Positions 38,171 through 51,204 of a stretch of 64,000 bases of DNA are shown one piece after another (position 1 is the stretch's first letter; the number at the start of each line of letters is the position of its first letter). The DNA is from Octopus sinensis. Its lineage: Eukaryota. The notes under the pieces are model-generated. The model made no database searches, was not told where the DNA came from, and saw only the letters and a program-made list of their open reading frames with translations. The position numbers were made by a program, and so were the translations under genes. The DNA lies in NCBI RefSeq assembly GCF_006345805.1, contig NC_042998.1, positions 145,824,001 through 145,888,000 of the forward strand, in the 5' to 3' direction.

Positions 38171-39374
38171 GTATGAATATGGATGAATTTATATATGTAT
38201 GCATGTATGTATGTATGTATGTATGTATGTATGTATGTATGTATGTATGTATGTATGTATAAATAATAGAAACATGCAAAACTTACTCCAAAGGCAGCAA
38301 AGGGCGCAGATTGTGTGGAGCGGAGTATTGTATAAATATTAATATAGTCACTCTATTAACAAATATACGAATGCCTGTTTTTTCAAACTTATGGATTCTT
38401 AGGCAAATATATATATGGAGAAGGTATGGTATTACATGTCCAACAGCCGTTACTGGGGTCTTTGGATTACGTAATAATGTTGACTGGTGGAGTTCTCAAA
38501 AAGTCAAGAATATGCAACGAGTAGTGGCTGTATATAAACAATACGATAAATCCGGCAATATCTGCAACAGGATATGAGGTCTAGCGTTGTCCTGAAGGAA
38601 GACGGCAGCCTTCTGGTTGACCAATTCAGGAGGTTTTCCATTGATTAATTCCTTTAATCGGTCTAATTATTGGCAATTTTTGTCTGAATTCATAATTTGA
38701 TTTTACTGCAGGAGCTCGTAATATACAATGTTCTTCCACTCCCACCAGATACAAAGCATCACCTTCAGATACTGACTTATTTTTGGAGTGATTTAAAGGT
38801 GGTTCATTTCGTTTTCTCCAGGGCTTTTTTCACTTCACATTGTTGTAAATAATAAATTTTTTATCACCTGAAGTCGTTGTTTTGAAAATGGGTCGCTTTT
38901 GTTGCGTTTGAGCAGAGAATCTCAGATGCCAGTGTGGTCAATTAAATCTTTTATCGTTAAATTATGAGGCATTTAAACTTTATAGTTATTCATGAATCCA
39001 AGTGTTATTAAATACCTTATAATACTAATATGAAATATGTGGAGCATCTCTGCGATGTCTTGTGTCGTGTGACCTGGATTATTTTGGGTTAGAATTTCGA
39101 TTTGGTCATCATCAGCGACTGTAGACCTCCGGATTGCTCATGGTCTTCTAGATCAAAATTTTCACTCTTAAACCTAATGACTCTCTTACAAACAGTCCTC
39201 CCTACTATAGTACCATCTTCATAAAATGTATATATCATGTTAGCTGCTGGTACGACGAATTTTTTTCTTACCAGAAAAAAAGGGTATCAACGAAAATGTA
39301 TCTCGTTTTCCTCCTTTTTCACTGTTATCTTAAACACAGTAGACATAAACTACCCATACAGTAATCATGTAGAA

Positions 39375-41694
39375 CAGTGATTCTCAACTTTTTCCTGGCC
39401 ATCGCCCCCCTAAAAGCTATTTTGACATAAGCTAATTGATAATCGCCCACCAAAGAATGATAACAAATATTAAATGTAATGTAATTACGACTAATCATGA
39501 CTAAAAAATTTTGTCCATGTAAATGCAAAAGAAAAACGAATTAAAATAAAACTTTAGTCTAAAATTAAATGTAGAAAATGACTAATTAGTGTGAGCCCTG
39601 AGATTGGTGATGTTCCGCTAAAAATTCAATGTCAGGCTTAACGCTACTCAAACAGATACGAATGTCTCCACGTGAAATATTGTCAAATCTGTTTCTTTCC
39701 TTCCGAAAAATGTGATTGACAGTACTAAATCCAGTTTCGACAAGATATGATGTCGGAAAACACAAAAGGATTTTCGACATTCGTGACCACAAAATTGGAT
39801 ATAGGGATTTTACAACACTTGATTGCCAACATTCAGACAATCTTTCTTTTTTTTTTAATTTAATTTGAAATTCATCATTACATTTCATCTCGATGACTTC
39901 CTCCAGGATATTTTCGTGCGCACTGTGAGGATCACAATCGAATGGGTCAACCATCCATGGCTGATTATTGAAGTTAAATAAATCGGCAAATCTGGTTTCC
40001 AAATCATTTTTCAAGGCAGACAGATGGTCACAATAAATATTAATGTCATTTTCACATAAGTCGATTTCCGCTAGTTCGGGCATATCATGAAACTGTCTTA
40101 ATCTTAAATTAACCCGTTTGCAGTCTATCAGCGTTATCATTTTTCCTTGCAGCAGAAGAGAGACCTCATTCAGCTTACAGAAAACCCAACTAAGATAGTG
40201 TATGTGCTTTTGAGCTTGAATTTCGGCGGCTAAGTTTGAGTGTCCTTCTGTTCGTAAAAAATACAACTATTGTATTAAATAAGTTTACAAATCTTTCCAA
40301 GCAGTTGCCTTTGGATAGCCAACGGACATCGGTATGCAAAAAAAAGTCTTATACATTGTTCGTCAGCATCGACACAAAATTTTCGAATGTTAGATTTCAT
40401 TTTGTTTATTGTTTTTATAAGTGTTCAATAACTGGTTTAGAATGGGGCTTATATTTTTGGCCAAGAGGTTATGTCTGTATAGTACACAGTGTATAACTAG
40501 AATTTGGGGGCACAACTTTTTTAAATGAGAGATAAGTCCTTTGTGTCTCCCAACCATAAACATTGCACCATCAGTAGCACATGAAACTAAATTTTCACAT
40601 GGAATTTCTTCTTCTTCAAAAAACGTTTTCGATGCAGAAAATATAGAAGCACCCATTGTGTCAGTCTCCAACAGTTTTACAAATAACAAATCTTCTTGTA
40701 ATGCACAGTTTCTATCAAAGATATCGTACATATTCCATTAAAAGGGCCTTATTGACAACAACTGTGCTTTCGTCAATTTGAATAGAGAAATTCGTTGTTT
40801 TCAATCTTTGAATTCGTACGTCTTCGATATGACTTGACATTTCATCAATTCTCCCACGGATAGAATCATTACTCAAAGGTAGAGTTTTAATGATAGATGA
40901 AGGATCTTGATTCATAACTTCTGATATTACTGCTTCTACTGTAGGTATAATAATATTTTCAGCCACTGTATGTGCACTACCTGTTTTTGCAATAATTTCT
41001 GCAATTGTGTAGGGAGCAATCAGTCCACTGTCAATAATTTTTGTCTGTTTCTTGAATAATGATTTAACAGTACTTCGATTTTCAAAATCAGTTTTCAAGC
41101 CCTCAAAATATTTGATAGGCTTACCGACTTTTTCGGATGTTTTCTTCTCATGTGGTCAGAGAGCCGAGAGGGTTTCATGGCTTCATTGGACAAAGATTAA
41201 TGACACATGATACAAAAGGGCTACTTTGGGTCCGTAGAGTTCTTGATAAAACTATATTATAAGTACTCATCGATATACTGTCGACACTTCTTTTTCGCCG
41301 AGCCTGCCATAAAAAAAGTGGGTGAGAACGAATGCAAATTAGTAAACTGCGTCCGACGGTTAAGAGAGAGAACGTCAAATTCAATCAAGTTGCCGTGTAT
41401 TCAATGAATTACGCAGCCCGGCGGCCAGTGTCATAGTAACAAGGGTAAGAAATTTAGTGATGAATGAGTCATTATAAATCGATGAACTAAATCTTGGAAG
41501 ATAACGCACATATTGAGGCGCATAGTTACTGTATTTGATTTTGGAAAAAGAGCTGGTTTTACAGATTGACTGCAGTTATTGAGAAGAGCCCTTGTCATGA
41601 TGCACTGACTGGGTACGTGATTGCTTGTTGTGAGTACAGTCACCGATCGAAGACTGAATTCATCGCCACCCAAAATTTGATTTGAGAACCATTG
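39375..41694 (-). mobile_element. Full-length hAT transposon, Buster/Charlie group
   Basis: TIRs CAGTGATTCTCAA / CAATGGTTCTCAA; perfect 8-bp TSD ATGTAGAA at 39367-39374 and 41695-41702 with the nnnTAnnn Buster pattern. Confidence 0.95.
39586..41310 (-). pseudogene. hAT-Buster transposase pseudogene (ZBED5/SCAND3/FAM200-like family)
   Basis: MAGSAKKKCRQY..BED-like CIMC..SNEAMKPSRL; LSNDSI..RI, FSIQIDEST, CATDGA, IHCVLYRHNL, FPTSYLVETGFS, QSQGSH end; several stops and frameshifts. Confidence 0.92.
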
Positions 41695-41994
41695 ATGTAG
41701 AAACACATGTTGAAATGTCACATTTTTGAAAATATATGTCATATGTTTCTATCATCGTGAAAAACGAAATGGTACAAACTTTTGTTCCAACCCAACATTT
41801 CTTATTTTCATTAGGGATTCTGCTATAACATGCTTGAAAGCATCTGTTCAAAGTTTCCCTCACGTGGCTAAATTCAATTACATCTCGAAGACACTCAATG
41901 ACAAATCACGTAGATGTGTACACAATTCCTAACGGGTATATAAACAGTGGGACCCATGGAGGGAATATTTATACATGTATGTATACATGTATAT

Positions 41995-42053
<59 letters not shown>

Positions 42054-42230
42054 GAGTGTATTTTTACCTTGTTAACAATTAACATGGAAAAATTTAAAAA
42101 TAGTTACCAGGGCAGCAAAAATCTCACAAGTAAAGGTGTTGTAACTCCTTGTTTATAAAGGTAGAAACTTCGTGTTTACGTTGAATAATATGAATAAAAA
42201 ATGGAGTTAACGCAGATGTAAACAAGTATT

Positions 42231-42322
42231 TTTACTTTCGGCACATGTTTCGAAAATTCCACTGATACTATTCAAAAGAATAAATAGTATAAACAATGCA
42301 ACCTTCTCTTAGGGAAAGTGAA
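42231..42322 (-). ncRNA. Degenerate hammerhead, same family as 20025-20123
   Basis: Minus: ACTTTC-CCTAAGA-GAAG..TTTC-GAAA-CATGT-GCC-GAAAGT; core and cleavage triplet mutated; lies in a (TA)n-flanked element ~42047-42640. Confidence 0.55.
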
Positions 42323-42659
42323 AAAAACGAAACTCGTCAATACGACATTTTAGCAAAAAATGATGGATTTGTATAGCGATAAACAGGATGCTATTAATAT
42401 TGTTTAAAAAAACGTTATATGATATAACGTCATAAGTAGCTAACAGAAAGAGTAGGGATATTAATAGTGAATGTTAAATATAAAGGAAATTAAAGTTTAA
42501 ATTATATATAATGATAGAGACTACTTATATGCACTAAATGTATGTTTTTGCCAATGCTTACATTTTTGCCCTATGAGGTTTTTCACGCTAACTACTTGAT
42601 AAATTCTTATAAAGATTTTATCTTATTTTTAAATTGTAATATATGTATATGTGTGTATG

Positions 42660-42730
<71 letters not shown>

Positions 42731-42733
<3 letters not shown>

Positions 42734-43186
42734 TGGGGAAAAATAAATATTCGTAAACGTCAAAATTCTTTATTTATTTAATTTTTAATGAACATATATG
42801 GGATATACCAATACTATATATGCATACACATGCATAAACTAGAATATGCAAAAGAAACTAATAAATTATAGTAACTAAGGAATTTATATTCAATTATAAA
42901 TATTTAGGGCTGAGAAAGTATTCGTACAGAATAAATTTATGATTTTCTATGACACAAAATAGTGTTAAATTAATTTTTTTTACTAGAACTTTTTCGTTTG
43001 TTCCAATAATCTCAACAGTTGTCATTTTTAAGTGTCAAAACACTAGCTTCTTCATTCAGCATTGAGACAACATAAAGTAGTATCGTAATAATGGCGAAAA
43101 GTAATGTGGTATACCCCATTTATGTTCATTAGAAATTAAATAAATAAAGAATTTTGACGTGTACGAATATTTATTTCCTCTCACTG
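42731..43186. mobile_element. Tc1-like MITE
   Basis: ~80-bp TIRs starting CAGTG(G/A)G.AAATAAATATTCGTA; TA on both sides. Confidence 0.88.
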
Positions 43187-43597
43187 TATATATATATATA
43201 TATATGCATGTATATGTATGTATGTATGTATGTATGCATGCATGTATGTATGCATGCATGTATGTATGTATGCATGTATGTATGTATGTATGTATGTATG
43301 TATGTATGTATGTATATAAGAAGGAAAATGCACACAATTTACACAGTTTTAACATATTTTTCAATATATGCTATTGTGTTTGTTGACTGGTTTCGCTTTC
43401 ACTAATCATGACATTGAAATTATTGTAACTTCGCATTTTCTTAAGAAGATTTTGATCCATATTCTTGAATGGGAGTTTGTGAATTCACAAACTTCCTCCG
43501 GAACAGACTGCTCAGTTCGTTTTCGTCGATGCATAGAAACTCCCCGAGAATGTCGTTACACTTTCCCGCCACTAATCCTCTATAGATTTCTAAAGAG

Positions 43598-43666
<69 letters not shown>

Positions 43667-43667
43667 T

Positions 43668-43865
43668 CTCTCTACCACGGACACAATTTTGCGGTAGGGA
43701 GCTGGTTGATTACATTGATCCCAAGGATCAACTGGTACTTATTTTATCGACCTCCGAAAGGTTGAAAAGTAAATTCGGCCTCGGCGATAGCTGAACTCAG
43801 AACGTAAATCGACGGAAAAATACCACAAGGCATTTTGTCCGACACTCTAAAGATTCTACCAGCCG
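43668..43865 (-). mobile_element. SINE family A (diverged)
   Basis: CAACTGGTACTTATTTTATCGACCTCCGAAAGG..TGAACTCAGAACGTAA. Confidence 0.7.
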
Positions 43866-44849
43866 ACAGCTAAGTGGTTTGAGGAAATTACAAATATCCG
43901 GCTGGAAATTAGAAAGAAAAGAACTGTAGGAAATTAAAATGCAATACCATCTCATCACCGCCTCCAACAAATGCACTACAATTCGTTGTCTATTTTTCTT
44001 ATTTCACCTCTCCACTATGCATGAGCAAGGATATTTATATACTTTTACTTACAATTACTTTTTTTTCGCTTTTATTTATACACATTGCGTTTTTTTCTGA
44101 AATTTAATTGAAAAACACTAATATATTAACAGTTTTAATTTTTTTTTTAAGTGACATAAATATACATAGCTATTTTTGAGACGATGAATAATTAAGCAAC
44201 TTGGGATGGAAATATAATATTGATTTCTTATTTGTGTTTCTCATATTGATTTTTTCTTGTATAAGGGGAAAATAGACTACATATTTATAGTGGAGGAGAA
44301 ATGTGACTGTGTGATGTTCATGATATTCTCAGGAACATCATACAATTTTATGACTCAAGAACAATAGCGGCGTAAAGGGGATAATTTGGAATTGGCATTC
44401 GAGGAAACTTTTTATATGCCAGCATGAACAACGGACGTTAAATGATGATGATGATGATGGTGGTGGTGTTGGTGGTGACGGACGATGATCATGATATAAT
44501 GGGCAAAATCTTCAACATTTTATTCTTTATTACATTATTATTATTATTATCATTATTATTATTATTATTATTATTATTTATTTATTTTATTCGTTATGTA
44601 CAAGTATGTGTGTACTCATTTTATTTCGTTTTTTCAATTCAATAAAAAATAATCATTGCATATTTTTGACAATTTCGGAGCGCACTGAACTTATTTTGTG
44701 CGCGACTTTTGGCCCACCCTCTGTGGGGAGGGGGGGACATTGCTTTCAATCCTAAACTGAGACTAATTCACTGAATCATTTATTTGTCTGAAATCAGTCT
44801 CCTTTAAAATTGATTTATCATGGAAATGCAGTCATGAGCTTGGCGAAAT

Positions 44850-45270
44850 GTTTCAAATTTTGGCATAAGGCCAGAAATTTTAGAAGAAAGGGGTTAGTCG
44901 ACCCCAATACTAAACTGATACTTTATTTCATTGACCCTGAAATTATGGTAAGCAAAGTCAACCTTGGCGCTAATTGAACTCCGACAGTAAAGAGCCGGAA
45001 GAAATACCTTTTAGCATTTGGTCCGCTACTCTAACGATTCTGCCACCTCGCTTTTTCTGACAGTTGAAAAAATATGCAATCCTAATAAAGGCTTATATCA
45101 AGAGAAGTAGATTGGTGGAATCGTTAGAACAGTATTTAATTACAGTGCTTGATGTTCTGAGTTCAAATCTACTAAGTGGAATTTGTCTTTCTTGATTTCT
45201 CTGGTGAGGTAGATAAAATAAAGTACTGGGGATCGACAGTGTTGATTAACTCTCCCCTCTCTCGCCAGAA
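44850..45270. mobile_element. Two diverged SINE family A copies, head to head
   Basis: Minus copy ~44850-45055 and plus copy ~45110-45270 (GTTCTGAGTTCAAATC). Confidence 0.55.
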
Positions 45271-45447
45271 CCTGTAATAGTTATTTTTGTAGAAGTTTAT
45301 CTGACGTTGTTGTGATTCCTTGTCAAAATTCAAGGCCAGTGCAACATTTTGGCTCGCCAGAGAAATCGTTAGAAATGAACTGAAATCAGCTCGAAAATAT
45401 GAAATGCTAAACGATGGGGCGGGATGACTAAAGAGAAAAGTCTAAAC

Positions 45448-45614
45448 CGGTGTTCCGCAAATGGTGTGCCATGAGACGATGCTAGGTGAACCGCAGTGTA
45501 ACCTGAACATACTTTTTTTCCTGTAATTTTAGTTATACTTTTAGTTCAGATGCACCGCCGAATTTTGAAAAGAATATAAGTGTGCCGCTAGTGGAGAAAG
45601 GTTGCAGAGCACTA
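45448..45614. mobile_element. 167-bp hAT (Charlie-type) MITE
   Basis: Perfect 8-bp TSD GTCTAAAC at 45440-45447 and 45615-45622; imperfect TIRs CGGTGTTCCGCAA / TTGCAGAGCACTA. Confidence 0.85.
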
Positions 45615-45691
45615 GTCTAAACTATATAATTATTTTACTAAGTATAATGCTAAAAATATGGCTGTACGTCTGTGTGTGTGTGTGTATGTGT

Positions 45692-45738
<47 letters not shown>

Positions 45739-46122
45739 ATTTTACATACTGAGTTGACCATTCTGTTTTCAAAAAACAGAGACAGGATATATCTAAATAA
45801 CAATTTACTAATTAGGTATTTATTCATACAAACATGTATATAAATAGAGAGAGAGAGAAAGAGAAAGAGATAGAAACAGAGACAGAGACAGAGACAGAAG
45901 GAGAAGGTGAGAGAGAGAGATACAAGTATATCAAATACCATATAACATAAATTCGTTATATATGAAAATTACTTTTGCCTCTAGAAGATGTGTCAGAATT
46001 AAGAAATTGCAATTGAGACCATTTACAATATGAGAAGGCTTACCAGCAGTCAACAGACTGGTATATATAATACAAGCATATATAAATATAAACACGTGTG
46101 TATGTGTAGGCGCGTATGTATG

Positions 46123-46153
<31 letters not shown>

Positions 46154-46361
46154 GTGTGTGTATGTATGTATGTATGTATGTATGTATGTATGTATGTATG
46201 TATGTATGTATGTATGTATGTATGTATGTATGTGTGTGTGTTGTATGTATGTATGTATGTATGTATGTATGTATGTATGTATGTATTTTATGCATGTATG
46301 TATGTATGTATGTTATGTATGTGTGTGGATGTATGTATGTATGTTGTATGTAGTATGTATG

Positions 46362-46393
<32 letters not shown>

Positions 46394-46574
46394 TATGTAT
46401 GTATGTCTGTATGTATGTATGTGTGTGTGTATGTATGTATGTATGTCTGTATGTATGTATGTATGAGTACAGTATGTATGTATGTATGTATGTTGTGTGT
46501 ATGTATTGTGTATGTATGTATGTTGTATGTATGTAGGTATGTATGTATTATGTATTTATGCATGTATGTATGGG

Positions 46575-46781
46575 CGGAGGTAGTGCTGAAAAAGTTACTA
46601 GCTTTGGGTAAAACAAAATACAGGAGGATCAGTTGATTATTATTTTATTCAACGTATTCCCCTCTCAGATTCACGCAATTATTGCTGCGGTCTTTCAGCT
46701 TTTCTAAACCCTGTAAAATAACTGGGAAGGTTGGGCCTTTCGCAATACCCTTAAAACAAGGTACTTTTCAGCACCCATCGT
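46575..46781. mobile_element. mariner-derived MITE
   Basis: GTGCTGAAAAGT / ACTTTTCAGCAC inverted ends; internal TTATTCAACGTATTCCCCTC encodes a mariner-like C-terminus (GEYVE*) on the minus strand. Confidence 0.65.
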
Positions 46782-46824
46782 ATATATGTATGTATGAATG
46801 GATGGATGGATGGATGGATGGATG

Positions 46825-46923
<99 letters not shown>

Positions 46924-46953
46924 GTGTTGTTAATAACAAAATTATTCGAATAT

Positions 46954-47053
46954 NNNNNNNNNNNNNNNNNNNNNNNNNNNNNNNNNNNNNNNNNNNNNNN
47001 NNNNNNNNNNNNNNNNNNNNNNNNNNNNNNNNNNNNNNNNNNNNNNNNNNNNN
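46954..47053. other. Assembly gap (100 N)
   Basis: Direct reading. Confidence 1.
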
Positions 47054-47400
47054 GACACTTACGACTTTACTAATTTGCCGTGTATTATTGTTATTTCTAT
47101 TGATAACAAAATAGAAGAAACTGTCACAATAAGAGAGTTTTAATGTAAAATAAAGATTATGCTGGCTGCTACGTAAAGATCAGCTTCGAACGCCCGATTT
47201 TGAACCATTTTGAATAATTAAGAAGCTTGCTTTGCAGTCACGTGGTTTCGGTTTCAACCCCAATGTGCTACACTTGGGGCAAGTGTTTACCAACCAATGC
47301 CTTATGAGTGATTTTGGTACACCTGTCATGTGTGACCGCGTGTGTACCGTTGGCGATTTTTTTCCTCCGTCTTCCCTTCTCTGGATCTTTCCTTTTCCTA

Positions 47401-47436
47401 TGTTTCTGACGAAGAGCTCCGCTCAAAACGTAAAAC
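47401..47436 (+). ncRNA. Minimal hammerhead, G12A-mutated
   Basis: GTTT-CTGACGA-A-GAGC-TCC-GCTC-AAAA-C-GTA-AAAC; all stems intact, GAAA changed to AAAA. Confidence 0.65.
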
Positions 47437-47556
47437 CCTCTTTCTTCCCTTCCTTACTGAGCGTCCAATAATACTATATTTTGTTCCAAGTCATCGCGTT
47501 GTTGTGTTTTCTCTTTGGGTTTTCATGTTTGAATTAACTATATATATATACCTATA

Positions 47557-47587
<31 letters not shown>

Positions 47588-47629
47588 GATTATATATATA
47601 ATATATATATATATATATTATTATATATA

Positions 47630-47890
47630 TTTCTTTACTACCCACCAAGAGGCTAAACACAGAGGGGATAAACAAGGACAGACAACGGATTAAGTCGATT
47701 ACATCGACCCCAGCGCGTACTTGTACTTAATTTATCGACACCGAAAGGATTGAAAGCAAAGTCGACCTCGGCGGAATTTGAACTCACAACGTAACGACAG
47801 ACGAAATACGGCTACGCATTTCGCCCGGCGTGCTAACGTTTCTGCCAGCTCGCCTTATATATATATATATATGCCAGCTTGCCGCCTTAT
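47630..47890 (-). mobile_element. SINE family A, full length
   Basis: Matches unit 6930-7165. Confidence 0.85.
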
Positions 47891-47934
47891 ATATATATAT
47901 ATATATAATTTAGGACACACAGTAAGTTGTCATT

Positions 47935-47994
47935 GTAGTACTCGGAGTTTCGAATGTCGGAGCGAAGAGCTACAATGCATTCTCGTTGGCTATT
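47935..47994 (-). ncRNA. Degenerate hammerhead (second family member at 35020-35080)
   Basis: Minus: TAG-CCAACGA-GAATG..CATTC-GAAA-CTCCGA-GTA-CTA; both copies lie a short distance beyond a microsatellite. Confidence 0.5.
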
Positions 47995-48256
47995 AATGGC
48001 AATAGACAGTATGAAAAACCATTGAATAAATGAGATGTTACTCTAATAGGTAGAAAGAAAAAAAAAGATAAAAGATAAAAAATACACGCAACTATATTCT
48101 CACAATACATAGACCTAAAACTTTCTGCGTTCATAACGTCTACATACGTACACGCTTACACAAACATATGTATGTACATGTACATACACAGACAAACATA
48201 TATGTGCATGTACGTTCTCATACACACACACATATGCACACACACACGCACACATG

Positions 48257-48319
<63 letters not shown>

Positions 48320-48469
48320 ATATGTATATGTGCACGCAACTTCATCCTCATATACACATAGGTGTCTTCATGCATACGTATATACTTAGACATTTATACA
48401 ACAATATACGTATATATATCAGGCATACATTCACACTCCCTCATATACATATTACATATATACATATAT

Positions 48470-48500
<31 letters not shown>

Positions 48501-48789
48501 TATATATATAATAACTACACTCACACACCTACACACCACACACATATACGAACATATGCATATCCGTATAAATGAAGAGGACGTGTGCATGAAAGTCGTA
48601 CTTATGCACCAGACACAGTCTTACACTTATATAAATACATATACGCATACACATATATACACACGCACACACATATACATATAAAATATATACATACATA
48701 TACATATAGTAACACACACATTCACACAATTATAAAGGGGAAAAAAGGAAAAATATATATACAAAAGATAAAAAATATTAAGACATATG

Positions 48790-49400
48790 GGAAGCTTGTG
48801 CAGGAACATGGCAAAAATGCAGATTCTATCCGTGATCTTGAGGGGCTCGAAACCGTAACAGGTTCTTTGTCACATATGAACATGATCGAAAAAGTTCAGT
48901 TCTTCGATTTAGATGTGTAGCGGGGTCTAAGGAACTTTTCCAGATGAGCCATCTTTCCAATTTACAAAGACCACACTTGCCACTACCGTTGCCAAAGATT
49001 TACACTTGGCCAAGATCTTCCAGTAAATCCCATATATAACTGGATAATTTGGCAGTTTTTCGATTATCCCAGTGTCTGAAGCTTTAGGTGTGATTGTTGA
49101 ACCTTGCTTTGAAATTTCCCTCCGTGAGACCCATATATCTCTTTGACGAAACTGTGTTACTAGCGTTCGTAGAATTTACGGTGGCTTCATAAATAAGCGG
49201 GCACAAGTCTTTATCCCTGCAGGAACAGCCGGCTTTTGTTGTTGTTTTGCATTGTGTGTAATTATGTTTTTAAAATTTGGGGTTGAACTAAAATTAATTT
49301 TTAGGTTATGCCTAAATAGTTTCCTATATTTATGATGTATTGGAAAATGTCTATCTATAGATATGTCTGAACATTTTTTTAATTTTTTATATATATTTTT
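48790..49400 (-). pseudogene. Penelope-like GIY-YIG endonuclease remnant
   Basis: HFPIHHKYRKLF..NFKNIITHN then YMGLTEGNFKARFNNHT*SFRH..AKLSSYIWDL; same motif order as 18550-19503. Confidence 0.75.
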
Positions 49401-50427
49401 CATTTTTTTCTTCTTTTACTTTTTAATTGTGTGAATGTGAAAGTATGTGAATATATATATATATGCATGTATACATTTTGTATGTATATGTGTGTGCGTG
49501 TGTATATATGTATATGCGTATATGTATGTAAGTACTGGATTCACTTTGTTTGACTAAATCCTTCAAGGCAGTGCCCCAGCTTGACCGCAGTCCAATGACA
49601 GGTAAAAGATCAAAAAAACACATGGAAAGAATAAAGAATAATTACAGAAAAGACAGGGCCATTTTAATGGTGAAATGTGAGAATGAGAATTATACAATAG
49701 AAAATGGTGGCATTAGTTTAAAGGAACATTACATAGACACTTTGATCTGTGCAAGACTGAAGCAAGTATTTCAAGCTGATTTACGTCATGTTCCACGGAG
49801 ACAAAGCAACCGAGATGCTAATATTCTGGTTAGAGGATAGAAGAAAGAAGAGAGCATATTCTTACATGCTGACTGTAAGAATCCAGCCCAAAGAAATGGC
49901 AACGTTGCTAAAATTGTTGACTGAGAAAATTGTTGGCTGCCCACCAGTCGAAGAGAGAGACAGGTGAGAGGAGAAAGAGAGACAGGAGAGGAGAGTGATG
50001 GGAGAGAGTGTGAGAGAGTGAGAGAAAAAGTGAAACAGAGACAGAAAAAGAAAGTGAGACAGAGAGTGTATCTGTGAGAGAGAAAGGAAACAGAGAGTGT
50101 GTATATGTGTGTGTGAAAGAGACACAGAAAATGTGAGACAGTGAGTGTGTATGAGAGAAAGAGTAAGTAAAACAGATAATGAGACAGAGTCTGCGTGAGA
50201 GAATGAGAGAGAGTGAGAGCGAGAGGGAGTGAATAAGAATAAGAGAAAAAAGTGTGTGTGTGTGTGTGAGAGAGAGAGGGAGGGAGAGAGATTGAGATGG
50301 AGACAGACGGAGAGAGCGAGGTATGAATTGTGCAGGAAAAGCGTTATTAAGAAAGAGAATAGTGAGATCTTGTGGGATTTTAGCTTTTCAGTTTGATCAT
50401 ATACAACACAGACGTATCGATTTTGCA

Positions 50428-50478
<51 letters not shown>

Positions 50479-51204
50479 GTGGTGATGATGGTGATGATGA
50501 TGATGAGGATGATGATGAAGAGGAGGGGTGGGGTGGCGGAGGGGGAGGGGGAGGAGGGGAGGGGAGGAGGGGAGGAGGGGGAGGAGGAGGAGGAGGAGGA
50601 TATCATAACGAGGAGAAAGAAGAAATAAAAGAAGGAAGGAGAAGGAATGTAGGCTTGTAGACATGTGAAACCAAATACAAGACAAAAGATTTATGAAATA
50701 AATTCAAAAACTAAAATTGAATAAATTGAAAAAAATAGATATGAATTCAAAATAGAAATTTTTAGAGAGAAAAATAACTTGAAACAATTTCACTTAGAAG
50801 GAAAGGTTAGCAAAAATCTTTATGAATTTAGTAACGACAAAAAAAAACTAAAATATCATACACATTTAGAAAACATTCAAAACTAAATATATTGATTCAA
50901 ACAGTGGAGAGTTTGGAGACGTTGCTTACTAGGTTATGGCAGACAAGGATGGCAAGAAAGTAAAACTTCAAACTAAACAAAAAAATTGCAGCAAAGCTGC
51001 ATGTTAGTGGTATCAGACGTGGCATGCAGACCATCATATAACTTGTTCTATTCTTCTCTTCCGTTTTATTTTGACATGCGCATTACGTTTTATTATTCTC
51101 TTCCGTTTTATGAATTCAGTGTGCACATGTGCATTGTGTGTTCATATTTCTCTTTCCGGTCCTACTCAAAACTGTTTACAGATCACAACAATCTCACGAA
51201 CTTA

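Larger units (their letters stand above)
38560..41797 (-). mobile_element. mariner transposon remnant, split by the hAT insertion
   Basis: N-terminus EENEIHFR..RFKSENFDLED..SG at ~39320, KVMLCIWWE at ~38760, VFLQDNARP at ~38600; mariner-like TIR TGTTGGGTTGGAACAAAAGT at 41797. Confidence 0.8.

Noticed and set aside
46954-47053. Sequence discontinuity
   Set aside because: Placeholder gap of 100 N; adjacency across it is not biological evidence
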